64,000 nt of DNA from Candidatus Latescibacterota bacterium. Lineage in GTDB: Bacteria > Latescibacterota > UBA2968. Made by a program: the position numbers and the translations under genes. The stretch covers positions 3,648,001 through 3,712,000 of the forward strand of contig OZ242311.1 of assembly GCA_965207885.1 (NCBI GenBank). The letters are read 5' to 3'. This document shows positions 1 through 9,810 of the stretch, piece by piece. Within the stretch, counting starts at the first letter, position 1, and the number at the start of each line of letters is the position of its first letter. The notes below the pieces were generated by a model that had not been told where the DNA came from, searched no databases, and saw only the letters and a program-made list of their open reading frames with translations.

Positions 1-2826
1 GTGGCGACCCAACTACGTCCTCGTCCTGCGATAGCTCTGGGCATGGACATGGCGCGAACAACTCAGGTCATGGCGCGCGTCAATCGCATTATCACCCTGG
101 GCGGTCATGTGTCTCCGCGCGTGGGTCGCGTATCGGCACTGGTGATGGCAGTGGTATTTATCGGTGGAGCGACAACTATTGGCAGCCTGACTACTTCAAA
201 GGTCGATCACAATGATCAAAAGGTTGTGTTTGAAGGTGGTGTTGCCGTAACCGATACCAGCGACGTATCGCAGCGAACACTTCCAATGAAAATGCGCGAT
301 GGTCGCCTGTGGTGGCGCGGTGAGAACGGCCTTTATTTGCAGGATAGAGATGCGTGGCAAAAGTTCACATTGCCTGAAGGTGGCTCATTCGACCAAATAC
401 ATGCCTTTATGCAAGCGCGCAATGGCTCAATGTGGTTTACCGGTATATATAAAAATGGGCCAATTGTCATGAGCTTTAGCGGAAAGACATGGCAGATATG
501 GGATTCAAAAACAACGGGCCTGGGAAAAATTACCGCTGGATATGACTTTGCCGAAGATGAGGATGGTGGTATCTGGATTTCCCACCACGGTATGGGAAAT
601 ATCAGAGCATACGGAGGCGCTGATCGCTTCAAAGGTGGAAACGGCGTCTTGCATTTTGATGGCAAAGCATGGCGCAACTATACCGTGAAAGATGGATTGA
701 TTCACAATCGGGTTTACAATGTGGAAGCCGATCCCAAAGGCGGCGTGTGGATCGCAACTCTCCGCGGATTGAGCCACTACAAAAATGGGAAATGGATCTC
801 TCATATTGTCGATAGCATGCCCATAGAGGGCGTGCGTAATGGCAATATATATGATGGCCACAAGGTATATAAACTATTTTCCGATCAAAAAGGCACGCTT
901 TGGGCCGCGCATGGATCGACTATTGGGCGCACCATAACACGGCATATAAGCGGGATCTCCAGCTTTGACGGTACAGCCTGGACACACTACGATGCACATG
1001 TTGGATTACCTGTAAATGCGTATCGAAATATCTGGCAAACAAAAAATGGCGATCTGTGGTTTGGTACGCATCAAGGTGACCAACAGAAAGTAGAGGCAAA
1101 AGGTCTGGTGCGATATAAGAATGGGATGTGGTTGCGGTTTACCCGCAAACACGGTATTCCCGGCGATTTTGTAGGGGGTTTGGCAGAAAAAGGCGATGGG
1201 TCTTTTTATCTGGGTGTTTCTGGTATTGTATCTTATAAGCCACCTATCGATCACCTATCAACAATATCTGGTAAAGTGATCGATCAGCGCGACGGTCAAC
1301 CCGTAGCAAATATGGGAATATGGGTTGAATACGACGATGGCGAGGTGCATGCCGGAACCATGACAGATGAAGATGGCCTTTACCGCGTCGAAGTCACCCC
1401 CGGATCGTATCGCATGCGGATCGCATCTAAGAATGCGGCTGAACCTGTCACCGTTAATGCAAAACCCGAGGATAAAATTGAAGACATTGATCTGCTCTTG
1501 CTCAACTCGCGCCGCATCTCTGGTCGCGTACTCGACACGTCTGATAATCCGATTGCCAATGCTGTCGTGGTGATTTCCGATGATTCTTCAGAAGACCGAA
1601 GGTTGTCTCCTCAGATCGTGACCACAGATGCCAATGGAAAATTTGAAGGCTGGCAGGTCTCGGGACCGAAGGCTACTTTTGAAGTCGCAGCAGAAGGATA
1701 CGCACAAATCGTGCGAGAAGTTGAAAATGCCATTGAAGAGCAAGTAGTGATTAGTCTCAAAAAAGGCAAGACATTCCGCGGTCGCGTTGTGGATGAGTTG
1801 GGCACACCCATTGCCTGGGCGCGCGTTGGTCTCGGACCTCCGCCGGATCCTGAAAAGAAAGTATATACATTGCCCGCATTGCCCTTCCAGTGCAATACTT
1901 ATACAGATGCGTCGGGTTTGTTCACTCTAAATGACGTAGCGGAAGGTCACATCTGGGTGAATCATCCTGAGACCGGAATGGTGAATCAAGAGGTTATGCC
2001 TGCCGAGGACGTGACAGATATCCGCATAGAGCGTTTGCGTTTGTACTCTATTTCAGGCGTGGTATCGCTAACTGGTGTGCCCGTAGAAAGGCTAAGGGTC
2101 AGTACCACTTCCTTTACTGGAGCAAAATCCAGACCCCAGGTAGGTCGCCCGGACGCTAATGGTGCATATCGTCAGGAGGGTCTGGAGCCGGGGAAATATC
2201 ATATTGCCGTACTCGCACCCGAAAAAGAGGAAAGGGATGGACGCACAATCGCAATACATCGCAATGTTCAATCTCAGGTGCTGGTAATCAAAGACCGCGA
2301 TGTAACATTGAACTTTGAGCCTCTGGGCGATGCGCGAATTACAGGTGTGGCAACTTACAAGGGACAGCCCGTTTCAGATGTTGCCATAAGTATCCATACT
2401 ATAGGCGATGATCCTGAGAATTTTGTCTCGCTAAACGGCAAAAAAACAAACAAAGAGGGCCGGTTTGAATTACGCGGTCTGCCTTCTGCACGAATTACCA
2501 TTTCTTTTCTTAAAATGGAACGCCTCGTTCTTGGTGGAAAACGCTGGAGCAAAGTCGATAGGATTGATCTGACGAATAAAAAAGAATTGAGTTATATAGC
2601 AGAATTGGAAATGGAGGAACGTCCGACCTTGAGCCTGGGAGATATGGCACCTGAATTCGAAGCCAAACAGTTGGATGGTTCAACATTTCGGCTCGCAGAT
2701 TATCGGGGCAAAAAAGCCGTGTTGATTGATTTTTGGGCAACGTGGTGTCCCCCCTGCGTCGATGAAATTCCGACAATCAAAAAAATTGCTGAAATCGAGA
2801 TCAGGGGCTGGAAGTCGTGGGCGTGA
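1..2826 (+). CDS. 5'-truncated multidomain membrane protein: tail of a BlaR1/M56-like domain + TM helix + two-component-regulator beta-propeller + carboxypeptidase-regulatory-like Ig repeats + TlpA-like thioredoxin domain (frameshifted near 2795)
   Basis: N-terminal [20 protein letters not shown] then a hydrophobic helix, resembling the end of M56 domains; propeller repeats ([45 protein letters not shown]); ISGxVxD..G.P and TDxxGxY/F repeats; [10 protein letters not shown]; 4-bp deletion relative to the paralogue at ~7163. Confidence 0.75.
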   Translation: MATQLRPRPAIALGMDMARTTQVMARVNRIITLGGHVSPRVGRVSALVMAVVFIGGATTIGSLTTSKVDHNDQKVVFEGGVAVTDTSDVSQRTLPMKMRDGRLWWRGENGLYLQDRDAWQKFTLPEGGSFDQIHAFMQARNGSMWFTGIYKNGPIVMSFSGKTWQIWDSKTTGLGKITAGYDFAEDEDGGIWISHHGMGNIRAYGGADRFKGGNGVLHFDGKAWRNYTVKDGLIHNRVYNVEADPKGGVWIATLRGLSHYKNGKWISHIVDSMPIEGVRNGNIYDGHKVYKLFSDQKGTLWAAHGSTIGRTITRHISGISSFDGTAWTHYDAHVGLPVNAYRNIWQTKNGDLWFGTHQGDQQKVEAKGLVRYKNGMWLRFTRKHGIPGDFVGGLAEKGDGSFYLGVSGIVSYKPPIDHLSTISGKVIDQRDGQPVANMGIWVEYDDGEVHAGTMTDEDGLYRVEVTPGSYRMRIASKNAAEPVTVNAKPEDKIEDIDLLLLNSRRISGRVLDTSDNPIANAVVVISDDSSEDRRLSPQIVTTDANGKFEGWQVSGPKATFEVAAEGYAQIVREVENAIEEQVVISLKKGKTFRGRVVDELGTPIAWARVGLGPPPDPEKKVYTLPALPFQCNTYTDASGLFTLNDVAEGHIWVNHPETGMVNQEVMPAEDVTDIRIERLRLYSISGVVSLTGVPVERLRVSTTSFTGAKSRPQVGRPDANGAYRQEGLEPGKYHIAVLAPEKEERDGRTIAIHRNVQSQVLVIKDRDVTLNFEPLGDARITGVATYKGQPVSDVAISIHTIGDDPENFVSLNGKKTNKEGRFELRGLPSARITISFLKMERLVLGGKRWSKVDRIDLTNKKELSYIAELEMEERPTLSLGDMAPEFEAKQLDGSTFRLADYRGKKAVLIDFWATWCPPCVDEIPTIKKIAEIEIRGWKSWA

Positions 2827-3077
2827 GTTTGGATCGCGAAGAGAAGGCATTACGAGATTTTGTAAAACAAGAAAAGCTGAGCTATGTGCAGGTATTTGAA
2901 AAAGAAAAAACACGAGTGATTTCAAAATCCTACGGTGTATGGGGCATGCCATCGGTATTTCTGATAGATAAAGATGGCGTCATCAACGCGATAAAGCTAC
3001 GCGGAACTCGCACGGAAGCGGCTGTGAAGGCGTTATTAGACACTGGCCTACAGACGGCTAATGGAAATTCGCGATAG
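2817..3077 (+). pseudogene. Out-of-frame C-terminal half of the TlpA-like thioredoxin domain of the upstream gene
   Basis: [26 protein letters not shown]...YGVWGMPSVFLIDKDG aligns with the in-frame part of the paralogue (7190-7345). Confidence 0.85.
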
Positions 3078-3116
3078 ACTTTTTATGGCGTTGATGATTA
3101 TTTCAAGGGAATAACA

Positions 3117-5621
3117 ATGCGAGTCACACTTCAGATCGGATTGATTGCGTTGGTCTGCCTATTTGGTTCTGGCTTGTCCAGAAGCGAAACCACCATAGAC
3201 ACGCTGTTTCAGAATGCAATGGAGCAAGTTGGCCTGGTAAGTCGGGAGAAAAGCATCCAGACTTTCGAAGAGATTATTTCCAAAGATAGAGATTACGCAC
3301 CTGCATACAACGAATTGGCCAAACTGCATCTGCTGGACCAAACCGTAAATGGGCGACAGCGCGCAATGAGGAGGATACAGCAGGCAATCTCAAGTGATCC
3401 CAACAATGCTGAATATCGGCTGACACGCGGAAAAATCTGGTGGGCACAGAGCTTTCGATTTCGGGCATTGAAACAATTCAAAGACGTGACCGAAAAGCAT
3501 CCCGACAATACGGGTGTCCTCAATAGTCTGGGTATGTTTTGGGTGTATGATTTCCTATCACAGAAAGATAGAAGAGCGCCATTGAAAGAGATGGACATGG
3601 GGTCCAGGGTACGACATTACAGGCTAATGGCAATGAGGCCCAGGATAAAAGATTTCAAGACCTTTGGCCAGGAATCCAAACAAGAAGCAGTGCAGATCTT
3701 CCGAAAAAGTATCCAATTGGATGCCACCAATCAGCACCCCTATTATTTGTTGGGCATACTCTACTTTGAAGATGAGGACTGGTATGCGTTTCAAACCTTG
3801 ATGCAAGACTTGTACGCGCAATATCCAGACGACAAAAATGCGTTGCTATTTTGTGGTCTTGCCGCCTATCAGATTGGCGAATTCAATAACTCGCATGAAT
3901 ACTATCAACGCGCCCTTGACTTGATGAGTGTTGAGGAGCGCGAGTTCCTTGAATCTATCGATCTGCTTGTGCCCGAAGAAGATCATGCATCCCGCGATAC
4001 GACGCAGACGATTGATGCGTTGTTGGAACGCGAGATGTTTTGGAAGCGTCAGGATCCTCTCTATTTGTCTGATTTTAATGAAAGAAAGATGGAACACTTT
4101 GGTCGCATAGCATACTCGAATTTGCGGTTCAAGCGATTTTTGGATAATGTCGAGGGCTGGCAGACAGATATGGGAAAGACCTATATCAAATTTGGAAGAT
4201 ATAGACGTCGCGTGACAACCTATAAGGGGACCTGGGATTCTGAAGAGATCATAGATGCCGCACTGATTCGAAGAAGATCATCTCACATTCTCGCAACAAT
4301 GATGGAATTCTGGTATTACGAAAACTTTCAGATCAAATTTTGTGGTACTACAGATGATATCTGGTATTTTTGCGGCGGTTCCTGGTATGGTGTCAGCCAG
4401 CGCCTACCTATAGGAGCAAGTGTCTTCCGTGAATACGACTTCGGGGCTAAGCTTCCTCTATTTGCGATAATCGGGGATAAGTATCCTAAAGAGAAGAGAC
4501 AAGTCTTTGCTCCTTTGCCTCGTACACTTCAGGAAGCCTCACATCATATATTAAAAAAAACAAAGCAACGGTTTGTCGATCCGTATTTAAATCGAAAATA
4601 CTCCCTCCCCCATCAGATCGCTGCCTTTGAAGAACGAGACGGCATGCGGGTCGAACTCAGCTATATGATTCCAAAAGACCGATTAACAGAAAATTTTGAA
4701 ACGGGCGAAGTGAGTTTTTGGGATGGCGTGTTCTTCTTTGATCAGCAGTGGAATGATATGTATAATGATCGCCAATCCAGGACCTTCACATTACCGCCGC
4801 AGAACCCGGCACAAAACGCCGCTGCACAACATCGCAACGATCACCTATTGGTATCGCGCAAGGTGTCTGTACCCCAGGGGCGCTATCATTTTTCAGTAGA
4901 ATTTATGGATCAAACATCTGGTCTAATTGGCATGGTACGCGATGAGAAACCCTTTGTATATAACCAGGAGACCTTCCATCTGAGTGATCTACTCGTCGGC
5001 AGCGATATTCAAGTGAAGAAAGCATTGCCAGAAGGTCGTGACGACCTGATCATCACACCCAATCCTGTTCGCACATTTTCACAGTCTGAATCGGTCTTTA
5101 TCTATCTGGAACTGTATGATCTCCAGCGCGATGACTTTGGCAATACCCAGTATGAGATCTCCTACACTATCGGCAAGCCAGAGGTAGATGCGCTATCGCC
5201 CACATTATTCGCGTCTCAAGACCTGATTGAGACGATGGGTAAAACAGAGATAAATTTGGAGAGTGGACAAACAGATTATATAGCTGTTCAAGGGTTGCAG
5301 ACCGGGCTATCAGAGGATAGTGAGGAGGACAGTAGCGTATTTCCCGATAGCGATATATGGGGCGAGACGAGGGTTTATACGAGTGGCGGACAGGTTCATC
5401 ATATCCCTGCTGAGGACTTGAAGATCAACCGATCAAAAGATGGCGATTTGACGCGCACCGTGACAGCGAATTACGAAGGCAATCGAGAAGATGATTTCAC
5501 GTATTTGCAGATCGATGTGAACCAGGTACCTGAAGGGATTTATCAATTGACGGTATTGGCAAAGGACCAACAGACAGATCAGACAGATAGGAAATACGTT
5601 TATTTCCGTATCATAGAATAA
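3117..5621 (+). CDS. Secreted TPR-repeat GWxTD-domain protein (copy 1)
   Basis: Signal-peptide-like N-terminus; TPR-like helices; FWKRQDP...NERKMEHFGRIAYSN...EGWQTDMGKTYIKFG signature; C-terminal beta-sandwich-like region. Confidence 0.85.
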   Translation: MRVTLQIGLIALVCLFGSGLSRSETTIDTLFQNAMEQVGLVSREKSIQTFEEIISKDRDYAPAYNELAKLHLLDQTVNGRQRAMRRIQQAISSDPNNAEYRLTRGKIWWAQSFRFRALKQFKDVTEKHPDNTGVLNSLGMFWVYDFLSQKDRRAPLKEMDMGSRVRHYRLMAMRPRIKDFKTFGQESKQEAVQIFRKSIQLDATNQHPYYLLGILYFEDEDWYAFQTLMQDLYAQYPDDKNALLFCGLAAYQIGEFNNSHEYYQRALDLMSVEEREFLESIDLLVPEEDHASRDTTQTIDALLEREMFWKRQDPLYLSDFNERKMEHFGRIAYSNLRFKRFLDNVEGWQTDMGKTYIKFGRYRRRVTTYKGTWDSEEIIDAALIRRRSSHILATMMEFWYYENFQIKFCGTTDDIWYFCGGSWYGVSQRLPIGASVFREYDFGAKLPLFAIIGDKYPKEKRQVFAPLPRTLQEASHHILKKTKQRFVDPYLNRKYSLPHQIAAFEERDGMRVELSYMIPKDRLTENFETGEVSFWDGVFFFDQQWNDMYNDRQSRTFTLPPQNPAQNAAAQHRNDHLLVSRKVSVPQGRYHFSVEFMDQTSGLIGMVRDEKPFVYNQETFHLSDLLVGSDIQVKKALPEGRDDLIITPNPVRTFSQSESVFIYLELYDLQRDDFGNTQYEISYTIGKPEVDALSPTLFASQDLIETMGKTEINLESGQTDYIAVQGLQTGLSEDSEEDSSVFPDSDIWGETRVYTSGGQVHHIPAEDLKINRSKDGDLTRTVTANYEGNREDDFTYLQIDVNQVPEGIYQLTVLAKDQQTDQTDRKYVYFRIIE

Positions 5622-5655
5622 ATGGTCTTTCAAATAAGTTTCGTGTCTAAACCCA

Positions 5656-5710
5656 CTGGACTCCGGCCTGCGCCGGAGTGCCCCCGTATAAGAAGCATTA
5701 CGGGGCAGGC
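5656..5710. repeat. REP-like composite palindrome (two adjacent hairpins)
   Basis: ACTCCGGC-ctgc-GCCGGAGT (5660-5679) followed by CCCCGTA-N10-TACGGGG (5682-5705), between the two duplicated modules. Confidence 0.6.
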
Positions 5711-5782
5711 TCTCAAGCGGTTGTCATTATTCTTACTGACGCGATTGCGTGAAAAACTCAAGCAACGCAAAGGAAACACATC

Positions 5783-7399
5783 ATGATCGACACAGCTATA
5801 CTGGACCCGATTGCCATCTTTCTCCTCGATACGACTATCAAGACCACCCTATTTATAGGTCTTGTTCTACTTGCCGTGTGGCTTCTGGGCACGCGCCAGT
5901 CAGCCAAACGCAGTTTGCTTTTGAACTGGTGTCTTATCGGCATACTGGTCATTCCCATCGCATCTTTATGTATGCCTTCCCTGCAATTTCAATTTGATTC
6001 GCCATCGCCACCTTCGGAACCGGCTATTCCAACCACTCAACCTGTAGTTGCCCCTGAGACACCTCTGGCAAAATCCACGCCTGAATTGCAGCAACAACGT
6101 GTGTATTCTGTTTCAGGTGTGGTATCCCTAAAAGAAGATTCTATAGAAGGGCTGGAAATCAGGGCTTTTCCAGTTGAAAGATCAAATGATCTTACTTATC
6201 CAAAAACAGACCATACAGATGCCAATGGTGTATATCGTTTAGACGACCTGGAGCCAGGAGAATATCGCATTTTAGTGAGTTTACTCAAAGAAAAGGAAAT
6301 AGACGGACGCACGAAGACAATATATTACCCCGTTCAATCTCAGACGCTGATAATCGAAGACCGCGATATAACGCGGAACTTTGACGTCTCGAGCGATGTG
6401 TATTCTGTTTCAGGCGTGGTATCTCTGAATGACGGTTCTGTTGATGGGTTAAAAATCATGGCCTTTTCAGCTAAAAGATCAAGCGGTCGTATTTTTCCGA
6501 AAACAGATCGTACAGATACTAATGGTGCATATCGTTTGGACTATCTGGAGCCGGGGGAATATCGCATTCTCATGAGCGCCCCCGAGCCCGAAGAAGTGGA
6601 AATAGATGGTCACACGATGGCAATACATCACTCTGGTCAATCTCGAACAGTGGTAATCGAAGACCGCGATGTGACGCTGAATTTTGAGCCCCTGGGCGAT
6701 GCGCGAATTACCGGTGTTGCAACTCACAATGGACAGCCTGTTTCAGGTGTTTATGTAAGCATCCATATTTTATCAGAGGATCCTGAGAATTTTGTCTCAC
6801 TAAGCGGTACTGAAACAGATAAAGAGGGACGGTTTGGATTGCGCGATCTGCCTTCTGCACGGATTGCTATCAGGTTTCGCAAAACTGACCACCTCGGTTC
6901 AGGTAGAAAACACTGGAGCAAAGTCGATACGATTGATCTGACGGATAAAAAAGAATTGAATTATATGGCGGAATTGGAAATGGAGGAACGCACGACATTG
7001 AGCCTGGGAGATATGGCACCCGAATTTGAGGTCAAACGGGTGGATGGATCAACATTTCGGCTCGCAGATTATCGGGGTAAAAAAGCCGTGTTGATCGATT
7101 TTTGGGCAACGTGGTGTGGCCCGTGCATCGATGAAATTCCTACAATTAAAAGAATTGCTGAAACATATCGAGATCAGGGTCTGGAAGTCGTAGGCGTGAG
7201 TTTGGATCGCGATGAGCAAACACTACGAAATTTTGTCCAAAAAGAAAAGCTGAGCTATGTGCAGGTATTTGACAAAGAAAAGGCGCGAGCAATTTCAAAA
7301 TCCTACGGCGTATGGGGCATCCCATCGGCATTTCTGGTAAACCAAAAGGCGTCATCAACGCGCCGAATCTGCGCGGAGACCGCGTTGAAACTGCCGTGA
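5783..7399 (+). CDS. Membrane-anchored protein: BlaR1-like N-terminal TM hairpin, Pro-rich linker, three carboxypeptidase-regulatory-like repeats, TlpA-like thioredoxin (WCGPC); 1-bp frameshift near 7345, homologous stop at 7438-7440
   Basis: LLDTTIKTTLFIGLVLLAVWLL..SAKRSLL..LIGILVIP resembles BlaR1/M56 N-termini, but no HExxH domain follows; DFWATWCGPC; C-terminus resumes in another frame as GVINAPNLRGDRVETAVKVLL. Confidence 0.8.
   Translation: MIDTAILDPIAIFLLDTTIKTTLFIGLVLLAVWLLGTRQSAKRSLLLNWCLIGILVIPIASLCMPSLQFQFDSPSPPSEPAIPTTQPVVAPETPLAKSTPELQQQRVYSVSGVVSLKEDSIEGLEIRAFPVERSNDLTYPKTDHTDANGVYRLDDLEPGEYRILVSLLKEKEIDGRTKTIYYPVQSQTLIIEDRDITRNFDVSSDVYSVSGVVSLNDGSVDGLKIMAFSAKRSSGRIFPKTDRTDTNGAYRLDYLEPGEYRILMSAPEPEEVEIDGHTMAIHHSGQSRTVVIEDRDVTLNFEPLGDARITGVATHNGQPVSGVYVSIHILSEDPENFVSLSGTETDKEGRFGLRDLPSARIAIRFRKTDHLGSGRKHWSKVDTIDLTDKKELNYMAELEMEERTTLSLGDMAPEFEVKRVDGSTFRLADYRGKKAVLIDFWATWCGPCIDEIPTIKRIAETYRDQGLEVVGVSLDRDEQTLRNFVQKEKLSYVQVFDKEKARAISKSYGVWGIPSAFLVNQKASSTRRICAETALKLP
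6100..6690 (+). repeat. Intragenic tandem duplication of a ~300-bp domain-coding unit
   Basis: Two copies of VYSVSGVVSL...TDxNGxYRLDxLEPGEYRIL...EDRDxTxNF; only one such unit in the first paralogue (~2040-2320). Confidence 0.85.
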
Positions 7400-7479
7400 A
7401 GGTATTATTGACCAATGGGCCTATTCCAGCTAAAAACTGAACCGACGAAAACTATTCACAGTATTCGCAAAAAAAGAGG

Positions 7480-9774
7480 ATGAGAATGCGATTCACAGTT
7501 CATATTGGAATGATTGCGTTGGCCTGCCTATTTGTTTCTGGCTTATCCAGAGGTGAAACAACGATAGACTCGCTATTTCAGAACGCAATAGAGCAAGTCG
7601 GTGTGGTGAGCCATAGAGAAAGCATAAAAGCTCTTGAAGAGATTATTTCCAAAGACAAAAAGTATGCACCTGCATACAACGAATTGGCCAAACTACATCT
7701 ATTGGACTACAGCGTAAATAGCCGACAGCGCGCAATGCGGATGGTAAAGCAGGCAATCGCAAGTGATTCCGACAATATTGAGTATCAGCTAACGCGCGGA
7801 AAGATTTTGTGGCATCAAGGCTTTCGGTCACGCGCATTCCACCAATTCAAGGACGTGACCGAAAAGCATCCCAACAATACAGATGTCCTCAACGGGCTGG
7901 GGATGTTCTGGGTATATGAGTTTCTCAGAGTAAAAGATAATGCCCAAACCCGAGATTTCAGGGGATTCGCTCAGGAAGCCAAACAAGAAGCTATTCTGGT
8001 ACTGCGAAAAAGCATCCAATTGGATGAGACCAACCAGCAACCCTATTATTTGTTGGGCATACTCTACTTTGAAGATAAATACTGGGATGCCTTTCATGCC
8101 CTGATGCAAACCCTGCGTGCGCAATATCCAGATGACAAAAATGCGCTCTTGTTCTGTGGGCTTGCCGCCTATCAGATTGGCGAATTCGATGAATCGCATG
8201 AATACTATCAACGCGCCCTTGATTTGATGAGTGTTGAAGAGCGCGAGTTACTGGATTCTATCGACCTGCTTGTGTCCGAAGAAAATCATGCATCCCGCGC
8301 GACACAGACGATTGACGCGCTCTTGAAACGCGAGATGTTTTGGAAGCGCCAGGATCCGCTCTATTTATCAGAATTTAACGAAAGAAAGATGGCGCACTTT
8401 GGTCGTATGGCGTATGCGAATTTGCGATTCAGGCGGTTTTCTGATGATGTCGAGGGCTGGCAGACGGATATGGGGAAGACTTATATCAAATTTGGAAGAT
8501 ATAGAAAAAGAAAAACCTTTTTCTTTTCTGTAGGAAATGACCCGTATAGGGCATTTCATAGAATGATGGAAACATGGTATTACGAAACATTTAAGATCGA
8601 ATATTGCGGGAATGGCAGTGATCGCTGGAGCTTCTGTGGTGGTTTTGAGATAGGACAACGTGGTTCTCGTTATTACCCGGGCTACTTCGACGAAGCCTCG
8701 CATCATACCTTCCGAAAAACAGCCCAACGCTTTGTCGATCCTTACCTCAATCGCAAATACACCCTCCCCTATCAGATCGCCACCTTTGAAGAACAAAACA
8801 GGATGCGCGTCGAACTCAGCTATATGATTCCCAAAAACCAATTAACAAAAAACCCAGAAACGGGCAAAGTGAGTTTTTGGGATGGCGTCTTCTTCTTTGA
8901 TGAGCAGTGGAGCGATATGTATAACTATCGCAAGTTCAAGACCCTTACTTTTCCGAAGCCGCAACCAGCACAAAGCGCCGCAGAACGGCATCGCAACGAT
9001 CACCTGTTAATCTCCCGCACGGTACCTGTAAGCCAGAGCAGCTATCATTTTTCAATAGAATTTATGGATCAAACATCCGGTCTCATTGGTGTGGCACGCG
9101 ACGAGAAACCCTTCGTATATAACCAGGAGACCTTCCACCTGAGTGATCTGCTCGTCGGCAGCGATATTCAAGCTAAGAAAGCATTGCCAGAAAGCCGCGA
9201 CGACCTGCTCATCACACCCAATCCAGTCCGCACATTTTCAAAGTCTGAATCAGTGTTTATCTATCTGGAATTGTATGATCTCCAGCGCGACGATTTTGGC
9301 AGTACGCAATATGAGATCTCCTACACCATCGGCAAGCCAGAGGTAGATACGCTGTCGCCCACATTATTCGCGTCTCACAGTCTGATTTCTACGATGGGCA
9401 AAACAGAGATTGATCTACGCAGTGGACAAATAGCAGAAGCTCAGGGGTTGCAGACCGGACGGACAGAGGATGGCGAGGAGGGCAGTAGCGCATTTTCCGA
9501 TAGCGATATATGGGGCGAGACGAAGGTTTATACGAGTGGTGGTCAAGTCCATCACATCGCAGCCGAGGACTTGAAGATCAACCGATCAAAAGATGGCGAT
9601 TTGACGCGCACCGTGACAGCGAATTACGAAGGCAATCGAGAAGATGATTTCACGTATTTGCAGATTGATGTGAACCAGGTGCCTGAGGGGATTTATCAAT
9701 TGACGGTATTGGCAAAGGACAAACAGACTGAGCAGACGGATAGGAAATACGTTTATTTTCGTATTGTAGAGTAA
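7480..9774 (+). CDS. Secreted TPR-repeat GWxTD-domain protein (copy 2)
   Basis: Collinear paralogue of 3117-5621 with EGWQTDMGKTYIKFG; start could be 7486. Confidence 0.85.
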   Translation: MRMRFTVHIGMIALACLFVSGLSRGETTIDSLFQNAIEQVGVVSHRESIKALEEIISKDKKYAPAYNELAKLHLLDYSVNSRQRAMRMVKQAIASDSDNIEYQLTRGKILWHQGFRSRAFHQFKDVTEKHPNNTDVLNGLGMFWVYEFLRVKDNAQTRDFRGFAQEAKQEAILVLRKSIQLDETNQQPYYLLGILYFEDKYWDAFHALMQTLRAQYPDDKNALLFCGLAAYQIGEFDESHEYYQRALDLMSVEERELLDSIDLLVSEENHASRATQTIDALLKREMFWKRQDPLYLSEFNERKMAHFGRMAYANLRFRRFSDDVEGWQTDMGKTYIKFGRYRKRKTFFFSVGNDPYRAFHRMMETWYYETFKIEYCGNGSDRWSFCGGFEIGQRGSRYYPGYFDEASHHTFRKTAQRFVDPYLNRKYTLPYQIATFEEQNRMRVELSYMIPKNQLTKNPETGKVSFWDGVFFFDEQWSDMYNYRKFKTLTFPKPQPAQSAAERHRNDHLLISRTVPVSQSSYHFSIEFMDQTSGLIGVARDEKPFVYNQETFHLSDLLVGSDIQAKKALPESRDDLLITPNPVRTFSKSESVFIYLELYDLQRDDFGSTQYEISYTIGKPEVDTLSPTLFASHSLISTMGKTEIDLRSGQIAEAQGLQTGRTEDGEEGSSAFSDSDIWGETKVYTSGGQVHHIAAEDLKINRSKDGDLTRTVTANYEGNREDDFTYLQIDVNQVPEGIYQLTVLAKDKQTEQTDRKYVYFRIVE

Positions 9775-9810
9775 AGAGCGGATACTACTCTCGAACTTAT
9801 ATACTGCTCT

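Noticed and set aside
2775-2800. Programmed -1 frameshift or transcriptional slippage at the A7 run restoring the thioredoxin domain
   Set aside because: The shifted frame reads AAT TGC TGA and stops before the deletion point, so slippage there cannot rescue the protein.
3117-9774. Diversity-generating retroelement TR/VR pair
   Set aside because: Differences between the copies are mostly third-position changes and indels, not adenine-specific, and no reverse transcriptase is in the window.
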